A DNA stretch of 61,437 nt, filler included, from Basidiobolus meristosporus CBS 931.73 (GCA_002104905.1; 5 parts of 5 records of this genome joined end to end with filler, not necessarily neighbours in it); one strand, 5' to 3'; shown: positions 38,956 through 53,104, numbered from the whole stretch's first letter. The notes: generated from the letters alone by a model not told the origin. Numbers and translations: made by a program.

Positions 38956-41900
38956 TGTAGAAACTTGTAATTTCACTTAGATATTTACCTAACTTTGTCA
39001 CTTAGATCATTACCTCTAAACCCTAGAGAATACCAAACATAATCCTTATTGGGATTTACTTAAAATATTTTCACCAAAATATCAGGTCCCAGATCATGAA
39101 AGTTCTTGAAGTTGTTCTAACAGCCCCAAACTTTGGCACATGTGCTTGGGACCTTCCTAAACGTATTCTTTGTTGTTGTTAAACCAAAACCATGTAAAAG
39201 TATAATTATCACTATTACATTCAATCAATCAATAAGCAAAAACCACATAATCTACTTGTTCTCTCAATCACTTTCAATATCTCCAAGACGCTTACACAGG
39301 TTATGAGCCTCAAGCTGTTACTCTCTGCATTGTTGACTCCTGCCATTACTTGAATTTCTCCCTCTGCTGAAAAGTTGGATGGATAACTGCCAAGTGTGGA
39401 AGGTGAAGATGAAGATGCTGCTACAAGAAAGAGGTAATGGGGATACTGTCATGGGAGAAGAATGCCCTTCTAGACATGTAGGAAAGGAATCCATAAAGTT
39501 CCACAAGAAAGAACAAAGTGCCTTTAGCTATATTTGCCACAATGTTCAAGACAAATTGCTTACTCAATACTCAAGTGCAAAAACAGCAACAAATACCTGA
39601 AAGGCATTAGAAGATACCTACTTGTCATGTTCAGCTGCCAAGAGAATTTACTTTAAATGAAGATTTTTTACTACCAAAATGTTTCCGGCAGAAGAAATTG
39701 AAAATCTAATTAACAGAATTACCCTGCTGGTGGGTGAGCTGAAATCTGTTGGCATACCAACTACTGATGAGAATGTGACAATAGCCATCCTGAATAGTCT
39801 GACAGAAAAGTCTCAGGCACTTTTAGCAGCCCTACAGTCAAGAACTGAAGATTTGGCCTTATATTTTTATATGGAGGTCTCCTGGATAAGGAATTAAGAA
39901 AATCAAATGTTAATAAGCACAAAGAAGAAAGTGCTTCAAAAGTCAATGATAACAAGCAATGAAGATACCCCAGACCATTTGAAGGCAACAGCAGCCTGTT
40001 TTGCAACTACTGCAAAAGAAAGGGACACACATCAGACCAGTGCTTCAAAAAGAAAGATGCTCAGCAGAAAAAGCCTGAATATGGGAAAGCAGCACCAGTT
40101 GAATATAGACTACTCATATCTGCACTAAGTATGACCACAAACAAGGATTCTCAGATGAGTTATATTGACTCTGGAGCACCTCAATACTTTACACAATAAA
40201 AAGAACTTTTTACCCAATATCAGGAAGTTCCAATAAAGAAGGTTTTCATTGGTGACAATATTGCACATGATGCAGTGGGAGAAGGAACTATCCAACTGAG
40301 CATTGGAAGCAGGGAAGGATACCATACACTGACCTTTTATGAAGAACTATAGGTGTCAGAAATATCCAAGAACCTACTATCTGTAAGCAAGGCCACAGTG
40401 GAACAACTTGGTGTCTGCTTAGACAGTTCAGGATGCAGGATCACTGATCAAAATGGTGCTTATATTGCTTTGGGTATCAAAGGTCAGTCTCTGCATAAGT
40501 TGACTTATATTCCATCATATCTGAAACCTAATATCAGTAAATTAAAGCAAGAAATACCATTACTTTGGCACAGGAGATTTGGACACATCTATTTTGATTA
40601 TTTACACAATATGTTCAAAGATTAGCTAATTTCTGGAGTAAAGGTTGATCCCCCAGCTGATTTAAAGCACTGTAAAGACTGCATTTATGGAAAGCAAGCC
40701 TGACAATCATTCAAGAGCTCTGGGCTAATCCACACTAAAAAAACTAGTTCTATTTTACTCATATTAGTGTGGACCTATGCAAAAATTATTCTTAGGTAGG
40801 ATGCACTATTTAGTCACTATCATGGATGAATGTACAAAATACAGGTGGGCCTACTGGATGGAGAGAAAGGAAGTAGCACTGTCTAAGCTCAGGGAGCTTA
40901 AAGCCATGGTGCAGAGAGAAGCTGGTGAAAAAATCAATAAAATACCCTCTGACCATGGTGGAGAATACTCCTCAAAACTCTTTGTCCACATCTGCAAAAT
41001 TGATGGGATAAAGCAAGAGACTTCTGTACCATACCCCTCACAGCAAAATGGAGTAGCAGAGCCTGCACTCTAGTAGCAAATGACTGGAGATTGAAATAGG
41101 CACAAGGTAGCCCATATTACTATATCAAAGAGGGTACAAACTTAGCCTATGCCTATTCAGTCCATATTGATGAACCCCAGACTGTAAAAGAGGCCCTAAA
41201 TAGCTGTCAGACAGAGTTTGGGAGACTTGCAGTACTGAGGAATATTAGGCCTTGAGGGAAAATCAAACTGGGGACTGAGTCAAATTACCAATCAACCAAA
41301 AATCAATTGGATGCAGTTGGGTATTTAAGACAAAATACAAAGCTAATGGTACAATTGAAAGATGCAAAGCACAACTAGTTGGCAAAGGATACTCTCAAAC
41401 AAAAGGACTTGACTATACTGAGACCTTTGCACCAGTAGCCAAGTTTAATTCCATCAGATTAATACTGGCAATTGCAGCCAAATATAAGTTTTTTATACAT
41501 TAAATGGATGTAAAAGCTGCATTTCTGTATGTAGAACTGAATGAGTACATGTATATGAACCAGTATGATAGGTTTGTTGACCAAGATAATCCCCATTTGC
41601 TCTGCAAGATTTAAAAATCTCTATATTGACTCAAACAATGACCAAGAGCCTGGAATTGCAAAATAGATTCTTATTTGGAATCTGTGAGTTTCAAATGTAG
41701 TGATACTGACTATGGTATATACTATAACCCAGATAGAGGAAATCCTGTGCTATTAGCTTTGTATATATATGAGTCTATTATAGCCGCCAATAACCACTAA
41801 CATTGGAAGACACTAAGTCCAGCCTATCTAAAGAGCACAAGACATCCAATCTAGCAGAGCTCAGTTACTACTTATGGATAAAGTTCTCCATAGACAAAAG

Positions 41901-43045
41901 TACCCAGATCATCACCCTAAGCCAGTCCAAGTCTATTCAAGATATATTAAAGAAGTACTAACCAGAAGACTCTTAACCAGCAGCTACCCCAATTGAGGCA
42001 AACTTTGACTTGGTCAAAATTCAACCAAATCAAGAGAGCTTGGTGCCATCTGAAAGCCCTGACTTTTCTTATCAGTTTATATTGGCATTCTGATGTATTT
42101 TATGTTTGGTAAATGTCCAGATATTCCATATTTGGTGGGAGTTGTCAGCCAACATGACCTTGACTATAAATCTAATCATATTGCATCAGTTAAGCAGATT
42201 TCAGATGCCTAAAAGAAACTGCTGATATCTGCTTACAATACACTGATAAAGATCCAGAACAGGATCTTGTGGAATACTCTGATGCTGATTGGGGTCAACA
42301 TTTTTAAGACCAAAGATCCACCACAGGATACACCATTCTTAACTGTAAAGGAGTAATATCATGGAATTTAAGAAAGCAACCAACTGTAGCACTTTCCTCC
42401 ACAGAGGCAGAGTATATGGCAGCCTGTGAAGCTACAAAGGAAGCAATATCCTGAAGTAAACTGTTTAAAAATTTAGGTATAAGTCAAAAAATGCCTATTG
42501 CTTTGTTTCACAATAATCTAGGATGTATACAATTAGGTAGAAATCCTACTTTTCATGCTAGAACTAAGCCCTCAGATATTAGACGGCATTTCATACATGA
42601 AGCTATAAAGAATAGCTTAGTTAACAAAGCTTACTCTCCTACAGATGAAATGATTGCAGATATACTTACCAAATCATTAGCTAGAGACATGTTTGAATAT
42701 CTAAGTCAAAATTAGGACTAGTCAGTCTGAACATTCATTTGAGTAGGAGTGTAGCAAGAATTTGTAGTTTCACCTAGTTATTGACCTGACTTAGTCACTT
42801 AGATTAGTACCATTAGATATCAGGGAATAATGACCAAAATCCTTGCTGGGATTTACTTCAAATATTTTCACCAAAGTATCAGATACTCATAACATGGAAA
42901 TTCTCAAAGTTGTTCAAGCAGCCCCAAACTTTGCACACATGCTCTTGGGACCTTCCTAAACCTATTCTATGTGTTTGCTATGCAAGACCATGTAAAAGTA
43001 TAAATACTACTTTTACGCATAATAAATCATTAAGTGAAACCCACA
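38956..43045 (+). mobile_element. Old decayed copy of the copia family
   Basis: 5' LTR 38956-39298, PBS GGTTATGAGCCT, multiple stops and frameshifts, an internal deletion near 41070, PPT GAGTAGGAG, and a 3' LTR from 42750 truncated near 43045. Confidence 0.9.
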
Positions 43046-43128
43046 TGTATGTGGGGAACTTCAAGCTATATGATCCTGTTGAGATATTGCCAAAAAGTGA
43101 AAGAATTGGCAAGATACCACCAGATACC

Positions 43129-43477
43129 TGTTGTAAGAGTCTTGGACATATTGGAAGTGGCATGAGAGGACAAGTAGATTATATGGTTTTTGCTTGATGA
43201 TTTATTGAATGTAAAAGTAGTATTTATACTTTTACATGGTCTTGCATAGCAAACACATAGAATAGGTTTAGGAAGGTCCCAAGAGCATGTGTGCAAAGTT
43301 TGGGGCTGCTTGAACAACTTTGAGAATTTCCATGTTATGAGTATCTGATACTTTGGTGAAAATATTTTAAGTAAATCCCAGCAAGGATTTTGGTCATCAT
43401 TCCCTGAGATCTGAAGGTAATGATCTTATTGACCAAGCTAGTTGAGTGATAAGGTGGAATTACCAATTGATACAACA
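43129..43477 (-). mobile_element. Solo copia LTR in inverted orientation
   Basis: 349 bp, TG...CA on the minus strand, homologous to the family LTR, with no PBS following. Confidence 0.85.
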
Positions 43478-43499
43478 GTATCCACTACCCTAAGTACTA

Positions 43500-44310
43500 C
43501 TCAAAGGCTCCAATCAATATTCATATGCATATGCAACAATATAAGTTCAAGGACTGGATGAATTAGATATGTATCTGCTCAAGTGGCTATTGAGGCCATT
43601 ACTACCAAGAGTACATTGGACTCATTGGGAGTCATATGTGGACATTGTAGGAATATTTGTCCAGAAGCAGATCACCAATGCCAACTTGACGCATCTATAG
43701 CTTTTGTGGAACAAGTTTTTGATGGGATTTGAGCAGTTGTACTACAAATATAAAGCTGAATGCTTAGATTTCTGACACTACTGTATCCATTTCCTACCCT
43801 ATCTTGCTTGGTGTTTTAAGATTACTGGACCATGCTTACCTTTTGGGAGTTCCCTATGGAGTGGATGTGTGGGGAGATAGGAAGACAGGTCAAGTAACAG
43901 ATACTACCATATCCCAATCTCATCAAGAATATTACTTTCAAGTCTGTCTTGAATGTGCTGAGTTTGCACTTGGAGGACAGCTAGGAAGAGTTGGAAAATG
44001 CTGAGGACAGATGTGCACATGGAGACACCTATGGTTATGGCTTTAAGAAGCTAAGCAGCCCCAATATTTGGGTAATCAGTTAAGTAATGCAATGTTGGGT
44101 TTGGTGAAACAAGCAACTAGTTTTTATTAGGATAACTCTACCAAAGTTTGCTAGGTTTCTCTTGGTTACAAGCTAATTTCCACACCACTCAGTATGAAAT
44201 TCTTACAAACAAGAGCCAGAGCACACCTATAAGGAGGATTAGACTCCAGCAAGGAGTAGTACTATATTGGCTAAATACCAAAAAGCTGTTTGCAGATATT
44301 CAGGAGGTAA
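43500..44310 (-). pseudogene. CACTA transposase fragment; approximate bounds
   Basis: Homologous to 2100-2900. Confidence 0.55.
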
Positions 44311-44314
44311 TCAT

Positions 44315-45271
44315 TGTTGTAAAAATTTGTAATCCACCTAATTATTCACTTAACTTTGTCACTTAAATTGTTACTTTCTTATCCTAAGGAATACTGACCA
44401 AAATCCTTGTAGAGGTTCACTCAGAACATTTTGACCAAAATAGCAGGTACTCAAAAGACTTGTTCCGTTGGATAGTGCCACATTGAGCCATGAGTGCCAA
44501 ATGATGCCATAGTGTGCCAGAGAGGTAAAGTGAGCCTATACTTAGCCACAGAGTGTGAAACATAGCTTTGCATCTTCATGTAAAGCAGCCCTTGTGTTTC
44601 ACCCATTGCACAGGAGAAAATTCATTTTTTGACCTTTTTTTGTGGATCAATGTAGCTCAGGATGTGTAAGAGCACAGGAGAACTGAAGATATGCATCTGG
44701 GACTCAATACCCATGGCACTCTGAATCTAGCTCCTGTGCCTTGTATCATGTCACAAAAATGAATGGCACTATCTTGGTCCACTGGTACTATCTGGCACTA
44801 TAAGTGCTTTGTATAGATCTTACTTTAGGGTTAATATTTAAATATAGTGCCAGATAGTACCAGTGGACCAAGATAGTGCCCTTCATTTTTGTGACATGAT
44901 ACAAGCTACAGGAGCTAGACTCAGAGTGCCATGGGTATTGAGTACCAGATGCATATCTTCAATCTGCTTGTGCTCTAACACATCCTGCACAACATTGATC
45001 CAAAAAAAAAGGTCAAAAAATGGATTTTCTCCCACACAATGGGTGAAACACAGGGGCTGCTTTGCATGAAGATGCAGAGCTATGTTTCACACCCTGTGGC
45101 CAGGTAGAGGCTCACTTGGCCTCTCTGGCACACTATGGCATCATTTGGCACTCATGGCTCAATGTGGCACTATCCAACGGAACAAGTCTAAAACATGAAA
45201 ATTCTCAAAGTTGTTCAAGCAACTCCAAACTTTGCGCATGTGCTCTTGGGACCTTCCTAATCCTATTCTAT
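44315..45271 (+). mobile_element. Copia LTR interrupted by two PHIS-family insertions
   Basis: LTR sequence 44315-44455 resumes at 45190-45271 and is then cut by the element starting at 45272. Confidence 0.85.
44456..45189. mobile_element. Foldback MITE, 734 bp, two 347-bp inverted arms with a 40-bp spacer
   Basis: Perfect terminal AGACTTGTTCCGTTGGATAGTGCCAC / reverse complement. TSD AAA restores the host LTR to its normal length. Confidence 0.93.
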
Positions 45272-48039
45272 AGACTTGTTCCATTGTACCGTGCCAGGGC
45301 GCGTGGCGCAATCCGTGGTTGAAAAGAATGATTGGGCGCAATATTGTAGCTACCAGAAGGCAGGATCGTTCTTGGACAATTTTGCACTATGTGGGACAAT
45401 CTTGCACACTATGGCACAATCTGACACAATGAGGTTGGCACAGATGATTGCGCCAACTTGTAATGTTTGCATCACGTGCGCAATTGGATACCGCTCTAAT
45501 GGCAGGTAAAATCCGGTATTTGGATATGTTTCCTTAATCTAAATGGAAATAAATGTGTATCACACTATAAACTACACTGATACTTACCATTTTGGTTACC
45601 CTCACTCCAATTGGACGGTATCTCAGTAGTTAGTTGGTCCAAAAGTATCCTGAAGCAGGCAGCCCCCAATTGGCTCATTGACTACTGAGAAAGCTACCTG
45701 ATTTGCCATCAAATATCCCATTCTGCCCATTGAGCAAGTAAATCCCTGATCCTAGTGATTGGACAAGGTGTCATAGCTAGCATGCAAGCAATCGTGTAGG
45801 TGCAAAACAGATCCAATGGCTGCACTGGTATTACAGATGACATATATATATGCAGGGTGTTTATTTGTAGGGGTTCTGTCTCAAATGTGAGACAACCTTG
45901 ATATTACTTATATCAAAAATTTGATGATCACTGATTTGCAATGGCTTGATTTGGATTGAAAAAAAAAAGGGCTGTAGGGATCATTACAAATGTGAGCAAT
46001 TCAAAGCAATTGCATCATCTTCTCCTGGGTTTTTTTCTCACAGGGATTACTACTGAAGCATTTGGTAGTGACTCACTTTGCACACCTATACTACTTCCTG
46101 GCTGACTATCATCTTGGCTACTTGTGTATTTGTAGTCAGTATTTTGCCTCCTAGTTGATGAGTGCAATGCTGCAGCTTGGCTGTGCTGAATCACTCCAAC
46201 TGAACCAACTGAACTGGCTTGTAGTGCCATGTGCTGACGCGTTCTTTTACTTGCCAAGGGCTCCGGTGGTTGAGGCACTTCATGTTGGTCATCATCAGTC
46301 AGTTCACCAGAAATAACTCGCTGATGGTCAGGCAAAACAGCACATGCAGGCGCACCTTGACGCGTTGAGATGGCCCTTGGCTGAGTTCAATGTGATGTGG
46401 CATGTTGACACAACTTGGTCCGCTCCAATGGACTTGTGTCTAAATGAGCAGTTTGGCAAGTTCTTGTAGTTTTGCTCTGAAGCGCGTGCATTGACCCAAT
46501 GCGCATTGACTCAATGCAGGGCGTTCTGGTAAAGGGTGTTGGCATGGTCTGGACTAATGTGCGCCGGCACGCTGTGGTTGCAAGAGATGATAGGGAATCC
46601 AGCAAGGCATGCTGGCACAATCTTGATGATGTTGTTTGCGGTCTGTATTCTTCCTCCTGAAGCCCACCATCTGATTCCTCAAGGTATTCACTTACCCTCT
46701 GTCTGATACTTTAGAGCTCTTGCCTGGATGAGTCCTGTGTATATTGCTCTTGGAAGCCACTTAGCTCTACTAATATATCACGTAGTACATTAGTCATTTG
46801 AGGCAAAAACTCATTCAAAATCTCTTTGGTTCCCAAAGTTGAGGCACAAACGGACATGTCCGGCCCGTACTGTGCAAATTGCGCGCAAAATTGTTCCAGA
46901 GTGGCTTCTTCTTCAAATCCCCTCACTCTCAGCTCATTCTTGACTTCAATACTTGTCTTGTTATATATCTTTTTACATACATTGGCTGGCATCTTGATGT
47001 AGAACTCATGCCACAGCTTTCTGCTCAAATTCTTCCATCTTTGTTGACTCTCTGAGGTATCTAGTTCTGCTAGATTAATCAGTAGTGCCCAAATATCTGT
47101 ATGAAGGCTCATCATAGACACTTGGGCCATACTAAAATCATTTGGCAAGAACTCAAATGGATCCAACATCAACTTCTCCGGTCCGGACCGCGCTTGTGAG
47201 CTGGGGGATGGGTTTTGTCTGGGTTGTACTAAAGATGAGTTGAGGCTTGGTATGGGGACCATAGCAACGGATTTGGATACTTATACAGCAGTATATTGGC
47301 ATCAAACTGGTCTTATATGAAATATATATGAAAACTAATGTGATTGTTGAATTTTCCATATATTATGCATGATGCATCTTGGATTGCATTGACAGAGATC
47401 CGATCACATCAATTGCAGATTTCCTATTTGATTATAGACCTATGATTAAAGCATCAATAAAAGTACCAAGGCATTGCTTGCGGAAGATTTTTGCGACATA
47501 ATGATGGGATACATGGCAATTGATGGAGATTTAACCATAATGTATTAAAAATCAGATAAATAACGCATATCACACCAAATCAATTCAAACCGCCTCCATA
47601 CAATCATCCATGAATTTTAATATGACTTATTCATCTGAATGGACTTTTCTCATCAATCCCATCACTACCACTGGATTTCCTTTTGACACACTAGAGGAGA
47701 TCTATTCCAAGTACTGTGGACCATCAACTCCAATCTACTCAAGGAGTTCCCTTGTTAAGCTTCTCTGCTATTACAAGAACTATTGCCCTACAAGGTTTCA
47801 TCCCACCATCCATGGCAACAAAAGTCCTAGAAGCTTTCATTCCCAGCTGACAGCAATGGAGAACCACCTTGCAGAGGGTATGAATGACTTAGAGTAAGCT
47901 TGGAATACTAGGTTCAGAAGCTCCAATAGACTTCCATATCCCAGAGTGTTCAGCAATGGGTTCCATATCAGGAGTATTTTGGATACCTTCCCAGTGAGGA
48001 TTAACAGACCTTCTAGAGGGCAGAGGCACTTTTATTCTG
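45272..48039 (+). mobile_element. Second copy of the PHIS transposon, cut by the contig end
   Basis: Colinear with 8203-10920. ORF2 at 46015-47262 (-), transposase from about 47610 with a CAA>TAA stop at 47895-47897. Confidence 0.9.
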
Positions 48040-48139
48040 NNNNNNNNNNNNNNNNNNNNNNNNNNNNNNNNNNNNNNNNNNNNTTAATTAATTAANNNNN
48101 NNNNNNNNNNNNNNNNNNNNNNNNNNNNNNNNNNNNNNN
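48040..48139. other. Artificial contig spacer
   Basis: Ns + TTAATTAATTAA. Confidence 0.97.
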
Positions 48140-50050
48140 GTCAATTATCCCCAAATACCCTATTATGATGTGGTTTGAGGCGGTTAGTTTGTCAAGGTGA
48201 CTACTTCGCTGTTGTAGGTTGGTTTGTGAAAGAAATGCATTTCCACTTTCACCCGCATACGAACATTTTTTGCATGGCCGTGAAATAGGGTGCACTGCGT
48301 AAGATCCATTGATTATCCGGTTTTATCATAGCGGCATATCTTGTTGGCTAACCAACCAAGAACCATGCCCACGGTATATCTGGAACCAAACCCATTATTA
48401 GTTAGGAATGATTGTGGGAAATGTGTATTCTTTCGTTGAGTATCGCATTGGATTTTTTAGACAATGTAGGGAAGAATGAAGAATCTATAGTAACCCCGTT
48501 TCTTTCGGAATATCACATAAATGGTGGCCTGTTGTGGTCCAAGTTCGGATCAGCTTGTATATCAATACCTGAAATTTGAGAATGTGACCAAGAGTGATAT
48601 ACTTCTGTGATCGTACCGTCTCGAACTAAGCCATAACCGAACGTATCCCAGATCTGGCCAGCTGTGTTCACTTATCAATATTTATGTCCTGTTATGACAA
48701 AGTCCATCAATATCAATATCAACATCTACCAAGTACGCGTATTACTTAGAACCGCTCTCAGGTAATCATGGCCAATGAATAGTTGGACCAATGCATGGTT
48801 ACCTTATTGGTATCGATAAGACGCTCTAAGGATTTCCCAAAATCTGGCGTGGAGCACCGTGAAAGCCATGAACCAATTTGTTGGTAACCCTCAAGTTGAT
48901 GGTGTTGGATTTTCCCCAATATAGGACGCGATCCCGCATTCGGCTACACGTGTTAACTGTTCTCAGATCAGCGCATAAAAATCAGACGTGGCAAAAATGA
49001 AAGAACATCTGAAACTGATCAGCAGGGTTTAGACTATTGGCTATTTCGGATGTGATTAGCCTTTTTGGCTAGCTTGACTTCTAGATAAATTGATTTTAAG
49101 CATTGGTCGGTGACCCAATTATCAGGCCCTGATGTATATTCAGCGTAACAATACTGATTTAGGGCCCAGAGAACTGGTTGTACTTATTTATCGCAATAAT
49201 GATCCGGCCATTTCAATCTTTCAATGTTTGGAATTGGTCTTCATGTGGTGATCCAGTCAAATCCAGATGCAAGGACCAGTTTCTTTTGTCTGCATTCCAC
49301 AATTTCACTTGGCAATCTTGGTAGTGTAGCCAATTGAAAGCCAGCTTTCTTTCGACTAAGTTAGCCCTGCCGAGCTCCTCTTGCGATCTTACGTATTCTT
49401 CGATGATATCTTACCAAGTGACCATTAATTTCTGCCACCCCACTTGGGTATTTGTAAAAGCTGCTTTTGCTAGTGTGCTTACTGCTGGGAGTGCTTGATA
49501 TGGAGCTCGATTATTCACACATATCACGATAGTGAGCTTGGCCATTATATAGAGACCAATTTTACCGTTGGCCTCAACATCCAAGGATACTCCGCCATTT
49601 CTTCCGAGGTGTGGAAACCCTGCAAAGATCGAAAATCCCCAACCACACCAAAAGACATCTGGACACCAAGACTTTTCTTATCTACCACCTGGCCTTTTAT
49701 CATGCCTCTGTAATGTTTAAGCTAGTGCCTATTTGCCACATGTTTTTAGGCCCATTGCTTCAAGTGGCTCATAAGAGGGCAAGTACAAAAATCCTGTAAC
49801 GGGAGTGGGTGATGCCTTGGAAGTGGTGTCCGGTTATTGACTTGGTGTGTTGAATAATTGTGTTGGGGTGGGTGCCAAAAATATACAGACATAATCCAGG
49901 GCCTTGACTATTCTTTGTGATACGCCTGTAATTCCACAGTAGTAGCCAAGCATCCAGCAAGATTACTTCCAAAAATCAATTCCAACTAGTAATTAATACT
50001 GCCATATCATCCTGAGCCATCCGCAACTATTATCTTGATGTAAATTCTCA
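48140..50050 (-). pseudogene. Unique CpG-retaining segment with decayed protein-like frames, unidentified
   Basis: Not homologous to any repeat in the window. Long minus-strand stretches have sparse stops (VNNRAPYQALPAVSTLAKAAF..., GQIWDTFGYGLVRDG...). Confidence 0.35.
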
Positions 50051-50199
50051 GATTTGGAATGCCAAATGTGTGAAGTGGTTGGCCGCAGTACAGGTATTTA
50101 CTAATTCCTAGAATTATGAAAGTCCTAAGAGTTACTACTATATCACACAAGAACTGGTATTAATGTATGTATTAAGGAGGCCACATACATAAGTGCACA

Positions 50200-53100
50200 T
50201 TGAGAGAGTGCTACAGAAGTTAGAAAATATTCTAAGTAAATCCCAACAAGGAACTTGGTCAGTATTCTCTAAGATATGTAGGTAATGATCTAAGTGACTA
50301 AGTTGGGTGAATATTTAGGTGGAATTATAAACTCTTACAACACTTTTGATATACCTGAAAATATACACAACCAGTGAGATTTCTCTTGATTGACTTCTTG
50401 AGATATTGACCAAAGCTGAATTCTGATCAAGTCCCTGCTGGTGGAGTTTATAGTTGTGTTGACTTTGGAAGCTTTAGTACATTGTTGTCTCAATGGATGC
50501 TAAACCCAGCACATACTTTTGTCAAGACACCAACTAAGTTGGGGATTGTAGCTCAATAGCTGTCCTCTGACAAGCTTGAGGCTTCATTCCCCTTCACACT
50601 AGGGTAAAGAAAAAAACCCAAGTATTCCTTGCAAGCCTTTGTCTGAGGCTTGTGCACCCTGTGAACTCCATACACACAAAACACCAAGGATTGTTGGACA
50701 TATCTCTCCCTTGGACTTATACAGCCCCACACTGTGAAGCTATTATGTGCAATGACAAAAAGTGGGCTAATCTACAAGAGGCCACAAGAAGTTTGGCATG
50801 CCATCATCCAAAGGCCAGCATACCATGAGACTTTCAGGAACTAAAGGCCAAGCAGAATGCACTGGATCTGTACCATGAGCATTATCCTGGATTCAAATAA
50901 GCAAATGGATTTAGGCCAGCATTGAGATGATAAGAAGTATCTTGAGAGTGTTGCAAGGTTGGCAATTCTACCTATATATTAACCTAACTTATTCACTTAG
51001 ATTGTTACCTACAATCTTGGAGAATTCCAACCCAATTCCTTTTCAGGATTCACTTGGAATATTCTCACCATAATATCACATGCCTAGCATACAAAATTTC
51101 TTGAAGTTGTCTAAACAGCCCCAAGATTTGCATACATGCTCTTAGGACCTTCCTAATCATATTCTATGTCTTTTCTTTGCCAAGACTATGTAAAAGTATA
51201 TATACTACTTGTATATTCAATCAATCATTAGGTAGAAGAATCATAACTTGAAGGTGCCAAGAACATGTGTGCAAATTTTGGCAGTTGGACAACTTTGAGC
51301 AATGGCATGTTCTGGGTACACAATGTTTTGGTGAAAACACTCAAAGTAATTTCCAACAATGAATTTGGTCAGTATTCTCTAAGACTTGTAGGTAATGCTC
51401 TAAGTGACTTAGTTAGGAGAATATTTTGCTGGAATTACATATTTTTACAACACTTGACACCCATTGAAGGCAGGAACATCTGTGCTTGTAGCTACTGTTG
51501 AAGGAATGCACTCATCAGACTGGTTCTTACAAAAGTGGCCTTGTAAAAATCTCAGACTTGGAGTTCATATGAGTAGCTGATAGTGTTCTGCTATTATTTG
51601 ACAGTATTTTGCTGGCATTCAGCTGGCATTTTTGCTTCAAATTTCTAGTTGCAGCTTTTGGTCAATGTTGTGAGTAGCTGCTTACTACACTTGGTGTATA
51701 AGCCAGTTGGTCTGGTCCCCTCCTGCAAAATATATCATCTTGTCTGCCAAATAGCCAGTAACCCAAGTATTGAGAGTTGTGACTTGAAGAAACCTTGAAC
51801 TCAGCTGATTTTATATAGGTATTCTGCTGGCCTTTTTGGGGTTTTTTTTTGTATGGAGAGATCATCAGCAAAACAAGCCCAAGCATGGAATTGCTGCAAC
51901 CACTAAATTTAAACTATTCATATTAATAATATGAAGACAAAAAAGGATTCTTAGATGTTACTCATTATCTCTGGTACCTCTTTGAACTTTGCACACCAAA
52001 AAGAACTATTTATCAAATATCAATAAGTTCCAACTAACAAGGTATTATGGGGCACTAAAGAACACTTGATGGAATTATGAAAGTAAATATTTAATATACC
52101 AAATGAGTAGTGAAGGAAGCCATTCCCCTATGAAAAGTCTCAAACTTGGAATTTATTGGATTTTTTGCTGCTGTTCTGATGATATTTTTGTTGTAACTAT
52201 TAAGTTGTCATCTAAGTGTTGATGCTAACTTAGTCACGTAGATATTATTCTGTACTAACATTCTGTCCTGACCATATTTCTTTTTGGGATTCACTTCAAA
52301 TATTTTCCCCAAATTATCAGGTACTCAGATTATGACCATTGTCAAAGCTGTCCAAATGACCCCAAAGTTGGCCTACATATTCCTGAGATCTTCCTTAATA
52401 AACTCTACATGTTTGTTTACTCAACTATATCAAAAGTATAAATACCACACTCTTGATCAATAAATCTACAAGTGCATAATAGGTAAGTCCTCTGGTGCTC
52501 CACACCACTTCCAATACTCCTTAGAACATTGCAACAATTTACCTGCATTAAACGGTGTTTCTGCATCAAATTTTCAGCTGCAACTTTTGGCAGAAATAAT
52601 GTGCAGCTGATAACCATATTTTGCATGAGTGCAAGTTGGCTTAGTTTTGCAATAGAAATGCTGTCTGCTTGTCTGATAAGCTAGTCCCTGGGATATTGAG
52701 AGTTGTCACTTTTGGGAAAGCTAGATTAATGCTAATCAGTTGATAGTGTTCTACTGGCCTTTTCTTAATTTTTTTTCTTAGCAGTTCACATACCTTGAAA
52801 GTGTTGTAAAGGTTTGTAATTCTACCTGAATATTCACATAACTTAGTCACTTAGATCACTACCTATAAAATCTCAGTGAATATCAATTAAACTCCTTGTT
52901 AGAATTTACTTAGAAAATATTCACCAAATATAAGGCACACAGAACATGAAAATTCTCAAAGTTTTCCAAGCAGCCCCAGACTTTGTACAAATGCTCTTGG
53001 GCTCTTCCTAAACTTACTTTGCATGCTTATTATGCCAATACAATGTAAAAGTATATATATTACTTTTACATTCAATAATTATTAAGTGAAAACCTCAAAA
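50200..53100. repeat. Cluster of degenerate copia LTR fragments in both orientations
   Basis: Recurrent TTAGTCACTTAGA, GGGACCTTCC and GTAAAAGTAT(A)AATAC motifs near 50200-50345, 50970-51450, 52230-52530 and 52800-53100. Confidence 0.75.
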
Positions 53101-53104
53101 TCTG

